DNA of 64,000 nt from Burkholderiales bacterium. Its GTDB lineage: Bacteria > Pseudomonadota > Gammaproteobacteria > Burkholderiales > Burkholderiaceae_C. The notes below the pieces were generated by a model that saw only the letters and a program-made list of their open reading frames with translations, was not told the DNA's origin and ran no database searches. The translations under genes and the position numbers were made by a program. Positions 1 to 9,072 of this stretch are shown here, piece by piece (the first letter of the stretch is position 1; each line of letters opens with the position of its first letter). The stretch is taken from NCBI GenBank assembly GCA_038213545.1, contig JBBQSX010000001.1, positions 21,067 to 85,066 of the forward strand. Reading direction: 5' to 3'.

Positions 1-2357
1 GTGCGCGTGAGCTCAATGTGTCCAGCGACATCGACCTGATCTATGTGTACGACCACGACGGCGAGACCGCAGGCAACGCCCAGGGCCGCAACCGCATCAG
101 CAACCACGAGTACTTCGGCAAGGCCGTCAAACACATCTACAACACGGTGGGCGAAACGACCGAACACGGCAATGTGTTCCGTGTGGACCTGGCGCTGCGG
201 CCCAATGGCAACTCGGGCCCGAGCGCGGTGTCGCTCGGCGCGCTCGAGGAGTATTTTCTGGTGCAGGGCCGGGAGTGGGAACGCTTCGCCTGGCTCAAAA
301 GCCGTGTGATCGCGCCGGCCGCCTGCGTGGCCGCCGGTGGCGCCAACGCATTGCGCGGCTCGGTGCTGCCCTTTGTCTTTCGCCGCTACCTCGACTACGG
401 CGTGTTCGAAGCGCTGCGCACGCTGCACCGCCAGATTCGCGACCACGCGTCCAAGCGCGCTGCGGGCAACCCCGGCCGCGCCAACGATGTGAAGCTTTCG
501 CGCGGCGGTATCCGCGAGGTGGAGTTCACCGTGCAGCTGCTGCAGGTGGTGCGTGGCGGGCAGTTCCCCGAGCTGCGCACCCGGCCCACGCTCGATGCAC
601 TGCCGCGCCTGTGCCGCGCCGGTCTGATGCCGCAGGCCTCGGCCGACGCACTGGCCGAGGCTTACCTGTTCCTGCGCCGGGTCGAGCACCGCATCCAGTA
701 CCTGGACGATCAGCAAACCCACGTGATGCCCACGCGCGACGACGACCTGGCCTGGATGGCCGCGACCATGGGTTGTGCGAACGTGTGCGAGTTCCTGCAC
801 ACACTCGACGCGCACCGCGAACTGGTGGCGCAGGAGTTCGACACCCTGCTCGGCGGCCCTACCAATGGCGGCTGCCACGGCAAGGGTTGCAGCAGCAAGA
901 ACGGTAGCGCCCAGCGCGGCTCGGCCGACGATCTGCAGGGCGTGCTGGCGCAGTTGCCGGTGGCGTTTGCCGCCAAGGTCGCGCAGTGGCGCGAACACCC
1001 GCGCGTGCTCGCTCTCAAGGAAGACCGCCGGCTGCGCCTGGTTCGGCTGGTTCAGCGCACCGGTGCCTGGCTGGAAGAAGGCCGCGTGAGCGAAGAGGCC
1101 GCCCTGCGCATGGCCGACTGGATCGAGCCGATGCTGCGCCGCGACAGCTACCTGGCCCTGCTGCAGGAGCGCCCAGCAGTGCATGAGCGTCTGCTGCGTC
1201 TGCTGGGCGCGGCCAAGTGGCCCGCGCGGTACCTGCTGCAACACCCGGGCGTGATCGACGAGCTGGCCAGTCAGCAACTGCTCACAGACCGTTTCGACGC
1301 AGCGCAGTTCGAGGCCGAACTCGAATCGCGACGCGCCGCACTGCGCTCCACCGGCGAAGACGACGAAGAGGCCCTGCTCAACCTGCTGCGCCGCGCCCAC
1401 CACGCCGAGGTGTTCCGCACGCTGGCGCGCGATCTGGAGAAGGTGCTCACCGTGGAGCAGGTGGCCGACGACCTCTCGGCCCTGGCCGACTCGGTGCTGC
1501 GCCTGACCGCGCGCTGGTGCTGGGCGCGCCTGAAGAACCGCCACCGCGACGAACCGGCCTTTGCCATCATTGGCTACGGGAAGCTTGGCGGCAAGGAGCT
1601 GGGTTACGGCAGCGACCTGGACATCGTGTTTGTGTACGAAGACGAGCATGAAAACGCCGGTGAGATCTACGCCGCCTTCGTGCGCAAGATGATCAACTGG
1701 CTCACGGTGAAGACGGGCGAGGGCGACCTGTTCGAGATCGACACCGCGCTGCGCCCCAACGGCAACTCGGGCCTGCTGGTCACGAGCTTCCAGGCCTACA
1801 CCAACTACCAGCAACAGCGCGGCAGCAACACCGCCTGGACCTGGGAACACCAGGCCATGACGCGCGCGCGCTTCGTGCTCGGCGGCGTGTCGCTGGCCGG
1901 GCGTTTTGACGCGGTGCGCGAAGACGTGATCACCGCGCTGCGCGACGGCGACTCCCTGGCTCGCGAAATCGTGGCCATGCGCGAGAAGGTGCGCCTGGCC
2001 CACCCGGTGCGCGGCGTCGTGTTCGATGTGAAGCACAGCCCCGGCGGCATGGTCGACGTGGAGTTCGTCATGCAGTACCTGGTGCTGCTGCATTCGCGCA
2101 CCCACCCCGAGCTGCGCGCCAACACCGGCAACATCAACCTGCTGCGCCGCGCCGAGGCCGCGGGCCTGCTCGAACCCGGCATGGGCGAAGCGGCTGCGCA
2201 GGCCTACCGCGAGCTGCGCCAGATCCAGCACCAAGCGCGGCTGGACGAAGCGCCCACCCAGGTGGACGCTGCGGCGGTGCACACCTCGGCAGACGCTGTG
2301 CGTGCCCTGTGGCAGCACGTGCTCGGCCCACACACCGGCGCACCGCAGCGCGCATGA
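1..2357 (+). CDS. glnE: Glutamine synthetase adenylyltransferase/adenylyl-removing enzyme, 5'-truncated by the window edge
   Basis: Frame open from position 3 (ARELNVSSDIDL); two nucleotidyltransferase motifs (SSDIDL and GKLGGKELGYGSDLD), RVDLALRPNG and WEHQA motifs. Confidence 0.95.
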   Translation, partial: ARELNVSSDIDLIYVYDHDGETAGNAQGRNRISNHEYFGKAVKHIYNTVGETTEHGNVFRVDLALRPNGNSGPSAVSLGALEEYFLVQGREWERFAWLKSRVIAPAACVAAGGANALRGSVLPFVFRRYLDYGVFEALRTLHRQIRDHASKRAAGNPGRANDVKLSRGGIREVEFTVQLLQVVRGGQFPELRTRPTLDALPRLCRAGLMPQASADALAEAYLFLRRVEHRIQYLDDQQTHVMPTRDDDLAWMAATMGCANVCEFLHTLDAHRELVAQEFDTLLGGPTNGGCHGKGCSSKNGSAQRGSADDLQGVLAQLPVAFAAKVAQWREHPRVLALKEDRRLRLVRLVQRTGAWLEEGRVSEEAALRMADWIEPMLRRDSYLALLQERPAVHERLLRLLGAAKWPARYLLQHPGVIDELASQQLLTDRFDAAQFEAELESRRAALRSTGEDDEEALLNLLRRAHHAEVFRTLARDLEKVLTVEQVADDLSALADSVLRLTARWCWARLKNRHRDEPAFAIIGYGKLGGKELGYGSDLDIVFVYEDEHENAGEIYAAFVRKMINWLTVKTGEGDLFEIDTALRPNGNSGLLVTSFQAYTNYQQQRGSNTAWTWEHQAMTRARFVLGGVSLAGRFDAVREDVITALRDGDSLAREIVAMREKVRLAHPVRGVVFDVKHSPGGMVDVEFVMQYLVLLHSRTHPELRANTGNINLLRRAEAAGLLEPGMGEAAAQAYRELRQIQHQARLDEAPTQVDAAAVHTSADAVRALWQHVLGPHTGAPQRA

Positions 2358-2956
2358 CACGCCCGCTGAGTTGGCTCGCGCTGTGCTGCGTGCACAGCGC
2401 GGTCAGCGCGGTGGTCTGGTGGTCGGGTGGCCGCTGGGTCGACACGCTCATCTGGCGCGCCGACACCTGGACACAGCACCCATGGACCTTGTGGACCAGC
2501 GCCTGGATTCACCTGAGCACACCCCACCTGATGGGCAACCTGCTGGTGCTCGGCGCCTACCTCACCATCGGCTGGGTCGTGCGGCCCGACGGGCGTTGCA
2601 CGCTGGCCTGGCTGCTGGCGTGGCCGCTGGTGCAGCTGTCCTTGTTGCTGTGGCCCGATGTGCGTCAGGTGGTGGGCCTCTCGGGCCTGCTGCACGCCGG
2701 TGCGCTGGTGGTGGCGGTGCACCTGGCGCTGGAGCGCCTGCCGATCCGGCGCGCCCGCTTCTGGGGTGTGCTGCTCGCGGTGGCGGTGCTCTCCAAGGTG
2801 GCGTTGGAGCAAGCCTGGCAACGGCCCCTGGTGTGGGACGGTACGCACGAACTTTTTGTGGTGCAGGTCGCGCATCTGGCCGGCGTGAGCTGGGGAATAT
2901 GTCTGGGGCTGTTGACCGCCTGGTGGCCAGCAACCGCGAACAGATCCAGCCACTGA
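2354..2956 (+). CDS. Rhomboid-family intramembrane serine protease, rhombosortase-like
   Basis: ATGA overlap with the glnE stop; hydrophobic protein with WTLWTSAWIH..HLMGN, catalytic GLSGLLH, KVALEQ and AHLAG motifs. Confidence 0.8.
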   Translation: MTRPLSWLALCCVHSAVSAVVWWSGGRWVDTLIWRADTWTQHPWTLWTSAWIHLSTPHLMGNLLVLGAYLTIGWVVRPDGRCTLAWLLAWPLVQLSLLLWPDVRQVVGLSGLLHAGALVVAVHLALERLPIRRARFWGVLLAVAVLSKVALEQAWQRPLVWDGTHELFVVQVAHLAGVSWGICLGLLTAWWPATANRSSH

Positions 2957-2965
2957 ATCGCCCAC

Positions 2966-2989
2966 AAAAAACCCGCCACGCGGGCGGGT
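2966..2989 (-). terminator. Intrinsic terminator between convergent genes
   Basis: ACCCGCC/GGCGGGT stem next to an A-run (U-tract on the minus strand). Confidence 0.65.
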
Positions 2990-3008
2990 CCTTCGTTGAT
3001 CAGCCGAC

Positions 3009-3854
3009 TCAGGCCGGCGCGACCACGGCGGGTGGTGCCAGCGACTTGCGGAAGCGGTTGAGCTCCTGCACCGTCTTGAAGCTCTGCTCCATGAGCAGGC
3101 TCATGTTGTGCAGGATGCGCTCGACCACACGGTTCTCCCACACGGCATCGAAGTCGATCTGCTTGTCCAGCCAGTGCTCCAGCCACTCGGGGTTGGGCAA
3201 GCGGCTCTGGATGGTGTCGTTGGGGAACAGGTCCTTGTTCACATGCAGGTTGGTCGGGTGCAGGGCCTGCGCGGTGCGCCGGGCACTCGCCATGAGCACA
3301 CCCACCTTGGCAAACGCCACACGCGCATCGTCGCCAAACTTGCCGATCGCGCGCTTCATGTAACGCAGGTAGGCGCCGCCGTGGCGGGCTTCGTCCTGGC
3401 TGAGCGTGGCGTAGATTTTCTTGATGACCGGCTCCGAATGCCACTCACTGGCACGACGGTACCAATGATTCAGGCGGATCTCGCCGCAGAAGTGCAGCAT
3501 GAGTGTTTCCAGCGGTGGGGCGGGGTCGAACTCGAAACGGATGTCGTGAAGTTCCTGCTCGGTCGGCACCAGGTCGGGGCGGAAGCGGCGCAGGTACTCC
3601 ATGAGCACCAGGGAGTGTTTCTGCTCTTCAAAGAACCAGATCGACATGAAGGCCGAGAAGTCGGAGTCGTCGCGGTTGTCGCGCAGGAACATCTCGGTGG
3701 CCGGCAGCGCGGCCCATTCCGTGATGGCGTTCATCTTGATCGTCTGCGCCTGTTCGTCGGTCAGGGCGCTGGCGTCGAACTGGTCCCAAGGGATGTCCTT
3801 GTCCATGTCCCAGCGCACGGATTCGAGTTGTTTGAAGAGTTCGGGATAGAGCAT
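3009..3854 (-). CDS. Ferritin-like diiron protein (acyl-ACP desaturase/oxygenase-like fold)
   Basis: Paired E...ExxH ligands (ITEW / EEQKH; CGEIR / DEARH); ATG at 3854. Confidence 0.8.
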   Translation of the reverse strand: MLYPELFKQLESVRWDMDKDIPWDQFDASALTDEQAQTIKMNAITEWAALPATEMFLRDNRDDSDFSAFMSIWFFEEQKHSLVLMEYLRRFRPDLVPTEQELHDIRFEFDPAPPLETLMLHFCGEIRLNHWYRRASEWHSEPVIKKIYATLSQDEARHGGAYLRYMKRAIGKFGDDARVAFAKVGVLMASARRTAQALHPTNLHVNKDLFPNDTIQSRLPNPEWLEHWLDKQIDFDAVWENRVVERILHNMSLLMEQSFKTVQELNRFRKSLAPPAVVAPA

Positions 3855-3905
3855 GGAGGGCCTTTCGGTACGGGCGCATTTTATGCGGGGGGAGCGCAAT
3901 CGCGC

Positions 3906-5483
3906 TTACAAATCGCCGAGGCGGGCCAAGGTCAATACGGCCTGGTCCCGCACGGCCTGCCGTTCGGCCGGCTCCATGCGCTGAAGGTTCTTCACCATCA
4001 GCGCGGTGCGGGGGCTGGCTGCCAGTTCGGTCTCGTGGCGGTCCAGAAAGTTCCAGTAGAGCGTGGTCACCGGGCAAGCCTGCGGCCCTGTGCGCAGCTT
4101 GGGCTGGTAGCGGCATCCCTTGCAATGGTCGCTCATGCGATCGACATACTGGCCGCTGGCCACATAAGGCTTGCTGGTGAAGCGCCCGCCGTCGGCATAC
4201 AGCGCCATGCCGATCACGTTGGGCAATTCCACCCATTCGATGGCGTCCACGTAGACCGCGAGATACCAGTCGGCCACCTGCTGCGGGTCCACTTCCGCGA
4301 GCAGCGCGAACTGCCCGGTGAGCATGAGGCGCTGGATGTGGTGGGCGTAGCCGTGTTCGAGTGTCTGGCCCACAGCGTCCTTCATGCAGGCCATGTGCGT
4401 CTGTGCGGTCCAGTACCAAGCCGGCAGCGAGCGCTTGTGGCCATAGTGATTGGCGGTCTTCATGCCGGGCATGTCCATCCAGTACACGCCGCGGATGAAC
4501 TCGCGCCAGCCCAGCACCTGGCGGATGAAGCCTTCGACACTGGCCAGCGGCAGACCACGGTCGCGGTGCGCGGCTTCGGCTGCGGCCACCACCTCGCGCG
4601 GGTCGATCAGGTGCAGGTTCAATGCCACCGACAACAGCGAATGCCAGCCGAACGGTGTTTTCGTCCACATCGCGTCCTGGTAAGTACCGAACATCTCCAG
4701 GCGCTGATCGACAAAATGCCGCAAGGCCTCGCGGGCTTGTTCGGTGGTGACGGGCCAGGCAAAGCTCCCGAGGTCGCCCGGGTGGTCGGCAAAGCGCTTC
4801 TGCACCAGTTCGATCACCTCGCGCGTGATGGCATCGGGCTCGAACTGCGCGGGTGGCGTGATCAGCCCCGGTCCTTGTTTGGGGTAGCTCTTGCGGTTGT
4901 CGGCATCGAAGTTCCACTGCCCACCCACGGGCTGGCCGCCGTCCAGGAGCACGCCGTGCTCGCGGCGCATCTCGCGGTAGAAGAACTCCATGCGCCATTC
5001 CTTGCGGCCCTGTGTCCACCGCGCAAAGCGCTGGCGGCTGCAGAGGAAATGCGTGTCGTCAAAGGTGCGCAGCGGCACCGCTGCCGTGGCGGCCGTGGCT
5101 TCAATGTCCTGCTGCAAGCGCCACTCACCCGGCTCGCACAGCCACAGTGTCTGCGGCCGGAGTTCGGTCAACACGTGTTGCAGGCGCGCGGTCAGCGAGG
5201 CCGTGGCGGGCTGGTCCAGCGCAGCGTCGTCCATGTTCACATAGCGCAGCGGCAAGCCCTTGCGCAACAGCGCCTGCTGGAAGTGCCGCATGGCCGAGAG
5301 AAACAACGCGATGCGGGCCTTGTGGCTCCACACGTGGCTGGCTTCGCCAGGGGCTTCGATCATGAGCACCGCGTCTTGCGCGGGGTCGAAGTCGGCCAGG
5401 GCCGGATTGCCCAGCCACAGCTGGTCGCCCAGCACCAGCACCAACCGGCGCAAAGGCCGGGGCAGAGACAGCGGTTTGTTCAT
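3906..5483 (-). CDS. Fe-S cluster bacterial cryptochrome/(6-4) photolyase (PhrB/CryB type)
   Basis: LVLGDQL N-terminus, [16 protein letters not shown] and KPY motifs; four cysteines (MAC, DHCKGC, ACP) typical of the 4Fe-4S site. Confidence 0.9.
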   Translation of the reverse strand: MNKPLSLPRPLRRLVLVLGDQLWLGNPALADFDPAQDAVLMIEAPGEASHVWSHKARIALFLSAMRHFQQALLRKGLPLRYVNMDDAALDQPATASLTARLQHVLTELRPQTLWLCEPGEWRLQQDIEATAATAAVPLRTFDDTHFLCSRQRFARWTQGRKEWRMEFFYREMRREHGVLLDGGQPVGGQWNFDADNRKSYPKQGPGLITPPAQFEPDAITREVIELVQKRFADHPGDLGSFAWPVTTEQAREALRHFVDQRLEMFGTYQDAMWTKTPFGWHSLLSVALNLHLIDPREVVAAAEAAHRDRGLPLASVEGFIRQVLGWREFIRGVYWMDMPGMKTANHYGHKRSLPAWYWTAQTHMACMKDAVGQTLEHGYAHHIQRLMLTGQFALLAEVDPQQVADWYLAVYVDAIEWVELPNVIGMALYADGGRFTSKPYVASGQYVDRMSDHCKGCRYQPKLRTGPQACPVTTLYWNFLDRHETELAASPRTALMVKNLQRMEPAERQAVRDQAVLTLARLGDL

Positions 5484-5638
5484 GGGCCCGTCTTGTCGGA
5501 TTTCGCACGGCAACGGTCGCTGCAGTACTTCACCTGGTCCCAGGTGCGTTCCCATTTCTTGCGCCAGGTCATGGGTCTCCCGCAGGCGGCACAGGGTTTT
5601 TGCGGCAGCGAGGCCTTGTTGCCTTTGAAGCCGCTCAC
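5480..5638 (-). CDS. DUF2256-family small Cys-rich protein
   Basis: [25 protein letters not shown]...VKYCSDRCR; GTG start; stop overlaps the photolyase start. Confidence 0.85.
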   Translation of the reverse strand: MSGFKGNKASLPQKPCAACGRPMTWRKKWERTWDQVKYCSDRCRAKSDKTGP

Positions 5639-5699
5639 TGGGGTGCCTTCGCACAGGTGCTGCGGTACGAGCTTGCTGGGGAACGGCCCGGCACAGCGC

Positions 5700-6677
5700 T
5701 CATGCGGCGTCTGCCAGGGCCTGCGCGCGCCAGCGGGCCACGCCCACCGGAATGTCCTGCAAGCGGGCCATGGGCCAGAAGAGCGGGCCGGTCCCGGGCA
5801 GGCGACCCCGCTGGGGCTTGAGCAAGGCCGGGCTGTGGCCACCGGCCCAGATTTCCACACGCGGCGGCAGGCGCTCACGCAACTGTTCAAGCGCAACGCG
5901 CACCTCTCGCGGGTTTTGCGCGGCCGTGATACCCAGCGCCACGATGTCGGCGCCGCTGGTGGCGGTGGCGGCCACGATGTCCGGCAGCGGCGTCTGCACG
6001 CCCAGCGGGATGGTGTGGCAGCCTTCCATCGCCATGAAACACTCGGCCATGAGCAGACCCAGGCTGTGCACCTCGCCTGGCAACGTGGTGATGAGGATGC
6101 GCGGCGGCGCGGGCTCGCGCGCCTGGGTCAGCTGCCCCAGAGCCTGGCGCATCACCGACTGCACGATCTCGGTGTACAGGTGCTCCTCGTACACCGCCAG
6201 CTGGCCTTCGAGCCAGGCTTGGCCCACCTGCACATTGGTAGGCACCACGCACTCGGTGATCAGGCGGGCCAGGCCGCGCTCCACCAGCGTGCGCGCCATC
6301 GCCTGGCGCAGGCCATGCGCGTCCTGGCGGCGCAGCATGGGCAGCCAGGACTCGGTGGCCAGGTCCGCCACCTCACCGGCGATGGCCACCGGTTGAATCC
6401 GGCTCGCTTGTCGCTGCGTATCCAGTGCAACGAGTTCGGCCAGTGGCAACGCAACCACCCGACCAGCCCGGTGTCCGGCGTCGATGAGGCGGCGGATGTG
6501 CCGCAGGCGGATCAGTTGTTCATTGCTGTACTGTCGCTCGCCGAACGCATCTCGCACCGGCATGGGAAAACCATAGCGCCGCTCCCACACCCGCAGCGTG
6601 TCTTTGGACAGGCCGGTGTCGCGCTCAACATCGGCAATGGTGTGACCGGCAGGGGTTTCGGGGCTTGAGCTTGTCAT
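5700..6677 (-). CDS. MerR-family regulator with cobalamin-binding domain (CarH/LitR-like photoreceptor repressor)
   Basis: MerR HTH ([24 protein letters not shown]), W-x(9-10)-EH motif ([12 protein letters not shown]), ExHxxG B12 motif (GEVHSLG). Confidence 0.88.
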   Translation of the reverse strand: MTSSSPETPAGHTIADVERDTGLSKDTLRVWERRYGFPMPVRDAFGERQYSNEQLIRLRHIRRLIDAGHRAGRVVALPLAELVALDTQRQASRIQPVAIAGEVADLATESWLPMLRRQDAHGLRQAMARTLVERGLARLITECVVPTNVQVGQAWLEGQLAVYEEHLYTEIVQSVMRQALGQLTQAREPAPPRILITTLPGEVHSLGLLMAECFMAMEGCHTIPLGVQTPLPDIVAATATSGADIVALGITAAQNPREVRVALEQLRERLPPRVEIWAGGHSPALLKPQRGRLPGTGPLFWPMARLQDIPVGVARWRAQALADAA

Positions 6678-6740
6678 GGACAAATGATCCAATGGTTGTC
6701 CAGATTATGGAGTTTTTGTCATGAATTCAGCACTTGTCCA
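6677..6740. promoter_or_regulatory. Candidate CarH/LitR operator in the divergent promoter
   Basis: TGGACA (6677-6682)-N14-TGTCCA (6697-6702) inverted pair and another TGTCCA at 6735-6740; same hexamer at 7362-7367; fits the TnnACA half-site of CarH-family operators. Confidence 0.5.
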
Positions 6741-7341
6741 CGTCAATGCCCGTTTATTTCAACGTTTGGCGGTGGTCTGCCTTGCCGCCGGTGCAGCGCT
6801 GTTGAGCCCGACCGTGCAGGCACAGACGCCCAAAGCCACGGCAGCAGCCACTGCTTGTCCAGCGCTGCTGCAGCACCGCTTTGACCGTCTGCAGGATGAA
6901 AAGCCGCAGCCGCTGTGCCAGTACAGCGGCCAGGTCGTGCTGGTGGTGAACACCGCCAGCTTCTGCGGCTTCACCAGCCAGTACGAAGGTCTGGAGGCTC
7001 TGTACGCCAAGTACAAATCGCAGGGGTTGGTGGTGCTGGGGTTCCCGGCCAACGATTTCGGCCGCCAGGAACCGGGCAACAACCAGGCCATTGCCGATTT
7101 TTGCGAGAACACGTTCGGCGTGAAATTCCCCATGTTCAGCAAAACGAGCGTGGTCGGGCGCGAGGCCAACCCGCTGTACAAACAGCTGGCGCAAAAGACC
7201 GGCGAGACACCGCAGTGGAACTTTCACAAGTACCTGATCGCCCGTGACGGGCAGACCGTGCGCAGCTACCCGAGCACGCTCGATCCGAAAAACCCCTCAT
7301 TGGTCAGGGATATCGAGCGATTCCTGTCGACCAAATCGTGA
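6721..7341 (+). CDS. Glutathione peroxidase family protein with predicted signal peptide
   Basis: VNTASFCGFT, LGFPANDFG and PQWNFHKYLI motifs; hydrophobic N-terminus ending VQA. Confidence 0.92.
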   Translation: MNSALVHVNARLFQRLAVVCLAAGAALLSPTVQAQTPKATAAATACPALLQHRFDRLQDEKPQPLCQYSGQVVLVVNTASFCGFTSQYEGLEALYAKYKSQGLVVLGFPANDFGRQEPGNNQAIADFCENTFGVKFPMFSKTSVVGREANPLYKQLAQKTGETPQWNFHKYLIARDGQTVRSYPSTLDPKNPSLVRDIERFLSTKS

Positions 7342-7515
7342 CTGATCAGTCACAATAAAACTGTCCAGTCTATTTTGACCACAACCCAAGTCATGCACGC
7401 CCTCACGCCCGACCGGAACCACCGCCTCCGCGCATTTGTCCGGAACTTTTTCGAGCGTGTTTTTCTCTCAGTGGGCATGCCGGTACCGCCACCGGCAACC
7501 GAATTTCTTTTTGCA

Positions 7516-7616
7516 CTGCGAAGCCTGTCCGGTCCCCGTGACCGGGCTGGAATCCCGAGGCGCTTCTCCTCCTCCTCCCTCCCTCCCTTGTTCGTTTCGG
7601 GGCGCTTCGCAGGCTT
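7516..7616 (+). ncRNA. Candidate structured leader or sRNA with a CCUCC-rich loop
   Basis: Three stems paired by hand: 7516-7524/7604-7612, 7527-7534/7540-7547, 7554-7562/7593-7601, the last enclosing a 30-nt pyrimidine-rich loop. Confidence 0.4.
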
Positions 7617-7656
7617 TTGTATCCCCACCAGCACAGCTGGCTCCCACTGAGGTCTG

Positions 7657-9072
7657 ATGATGTTCACGGACCTCCCCCACACCCCGGCCCGCACCGCCAA
7701 CCGTCCACTCCGCGTGGCCATCGTCGGCTCCGGCATCTCGGGCCTGGCGGCGGCTCACACGCTGCTGGGCCTGGCCGACATCACGCTGTTTGAAGCGGGC
7801 GACTACTTCGGCGGCCACACGCACACGGTCGACATGACCTTGCCCAACGCGCAAGGCATGCCCACCACCTTCGGCGTGGACACCGGCTTCCTGGTGCTCA
7901 ACGAACGCACCTACCCCAACCTGCTCGCGCTGTTTGAGCAGCTGGGCGTGCCGATTGCCAAGTCCGACATGTCGTTCTCGGTGCAGGCGCCGGGTGCCGC
8001 GCCCGGGGGCGGGCCGCTGGAGTGGAGCGGCTGCAATCTCTCCACCGTGTTTGCGCAGCGCCGCAACCTGTTCAACCCGCGCTTCCTGCGCATGCTGGCC
8101 GACATCGTGCGCTTCAACCGCATCACGACGAAACTGGCCGAGCAGGGCGAAGACCTGCGCGACAACAGCCCGCTGCTGCAACCGCTGGGTGAGTTTCTGA
8201 AGGCCCAGGGCTTCTCGGACGAATTTCGCGACTGGTACTTCCTGCCCATGATGGGTTGCATCTGGAGCTGCCCGACCGACCAGATGCTGGCGTTCCCGGT
8301 GGCCACCATGGTCCGCTTCTGCCACAACCACGGCCTGATTCAGGTGACCAACCGCCCGCAGTGGTACACGGTGGACGGCGGCGCGCGCCAGTACGTGCAG
8401 AAGATCACCGACAACATCGCCGACAAGCGCCTGAACACCCCCGTGCAGCAGGTGCTGCGCGACAGCCAGGGCGTGCGCGTGGTCACCGAAGGCCAGGTGG
8501 AGCGGTTCGATGCCATCGTGCTGGCCTGCCACAGCGACCAGGCCGTGCGTCTGCTGGGTGGCGAAGCGTCGGCCCATGAGCGCGAGGTGCTCGGCGCCAT
8601 CCGCTACCAGCCCAACCGCGCTGTGCTGCACACCGACGCTTCGGTGCTGCCGAAGAACGAACTGGCCTGGGCCGCGTGGAACTACGAACGCGCCCCGAGC
8701 AAGGGCGTGGAATCGGCCCAGGTTTGCCTGCACTACCTGCTCAACCGCCTGCAGCCGCTGCCGGTGGCGCAGCCGGTGGTGGTGTCGCTCAACCCGCAAC
8801 GCGAGATCGCACCGAAGCACGTGGTGGGCGAGTACGAATACGACCACCCGGTGTTCGACCTCACAGCCATTCGCGCGCAAGCCCGTGTGCCGGCCATGCA
8901 GGGCCAGCTCAACACGTACTTTGCCGGCGCCTGGACCGGCTACGGCTTCCACGAAGACGGCCTGAAGTCGGGGCTGCACGCAGCTCGATCGCTGATCGAT
9001 GCACACCAGCTTGTGCCCATGATGCAGCGCGCCGACGCCCGGCGAGCCGCCTTGCCCGGGGTGTTTGCGTGA
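7657..9072 (+). CDS. FAD-dependent oxidoreductase (amine-oxidase-like, UfaD-like)
   Basis: AIVGSGISG dinucleotide fold, GGHTHT, DTGFLVLNERTYPN and GYGFHEDG motifs. Confidence 0.88.
   Translation: MMFTDLPHTPARTANRPLRVAIVGSGISGLAAAHTLLGLADITLFEAGDYFGGHTHTVDMTLPNAQGMPTTFGVDTGFLVLNERTYPNLLALFEQLGVPIAKSDMSFSVQAPGAAPGGGPLEWSGCNLSTVFAQRRNLFNPRFLRMLADIVRFNRITTKLAEQGEDLRDNSPLLQPLGEFLKAQGFSDEFRDWYFLPMMGCIWSCPTDQMLAFPVATMVRFCHNHGLIQVTNRPQWYTVDGGARQYVQKITDNIADKRLNTPVQQVLRDSQGVRVVTEGQVERFDAIVLACHSDQAVRLLGGEASAHEREVLGAIRYQPNRAVLHTDASVLPKNELAWAAWNYERAPSKGVESAQVCLHYLLNRLQPLPVAQPVVVSLNPQREIAPKHVVGEYEYDHPVFDLTAIRAQARVPAMQGQLNTYFAGAWTGYGFHEDGLKSGLHAARSLIDAHQLVPMMQRADARRAALPGVFA

Noticed and set aside
3108-6668. 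1186-aa plus-strand ORF
   Set aside because: Antisense shadow of well-supported minus-strand genes; no recognisable motifs; expected in high-GC DNA
5660-6720. Cobalamin riboswitch near the B12-binding regulator
   Set aside because: Intergenic gaps are too short and no B12-box was recognisable
7375-7650. 91-aa ORF between gpx and the FAD oxidoreductase as a confident CDS
   Set aside because: No family motif and atypical codon usage; better explained as a structured leader, though translation is not excluded
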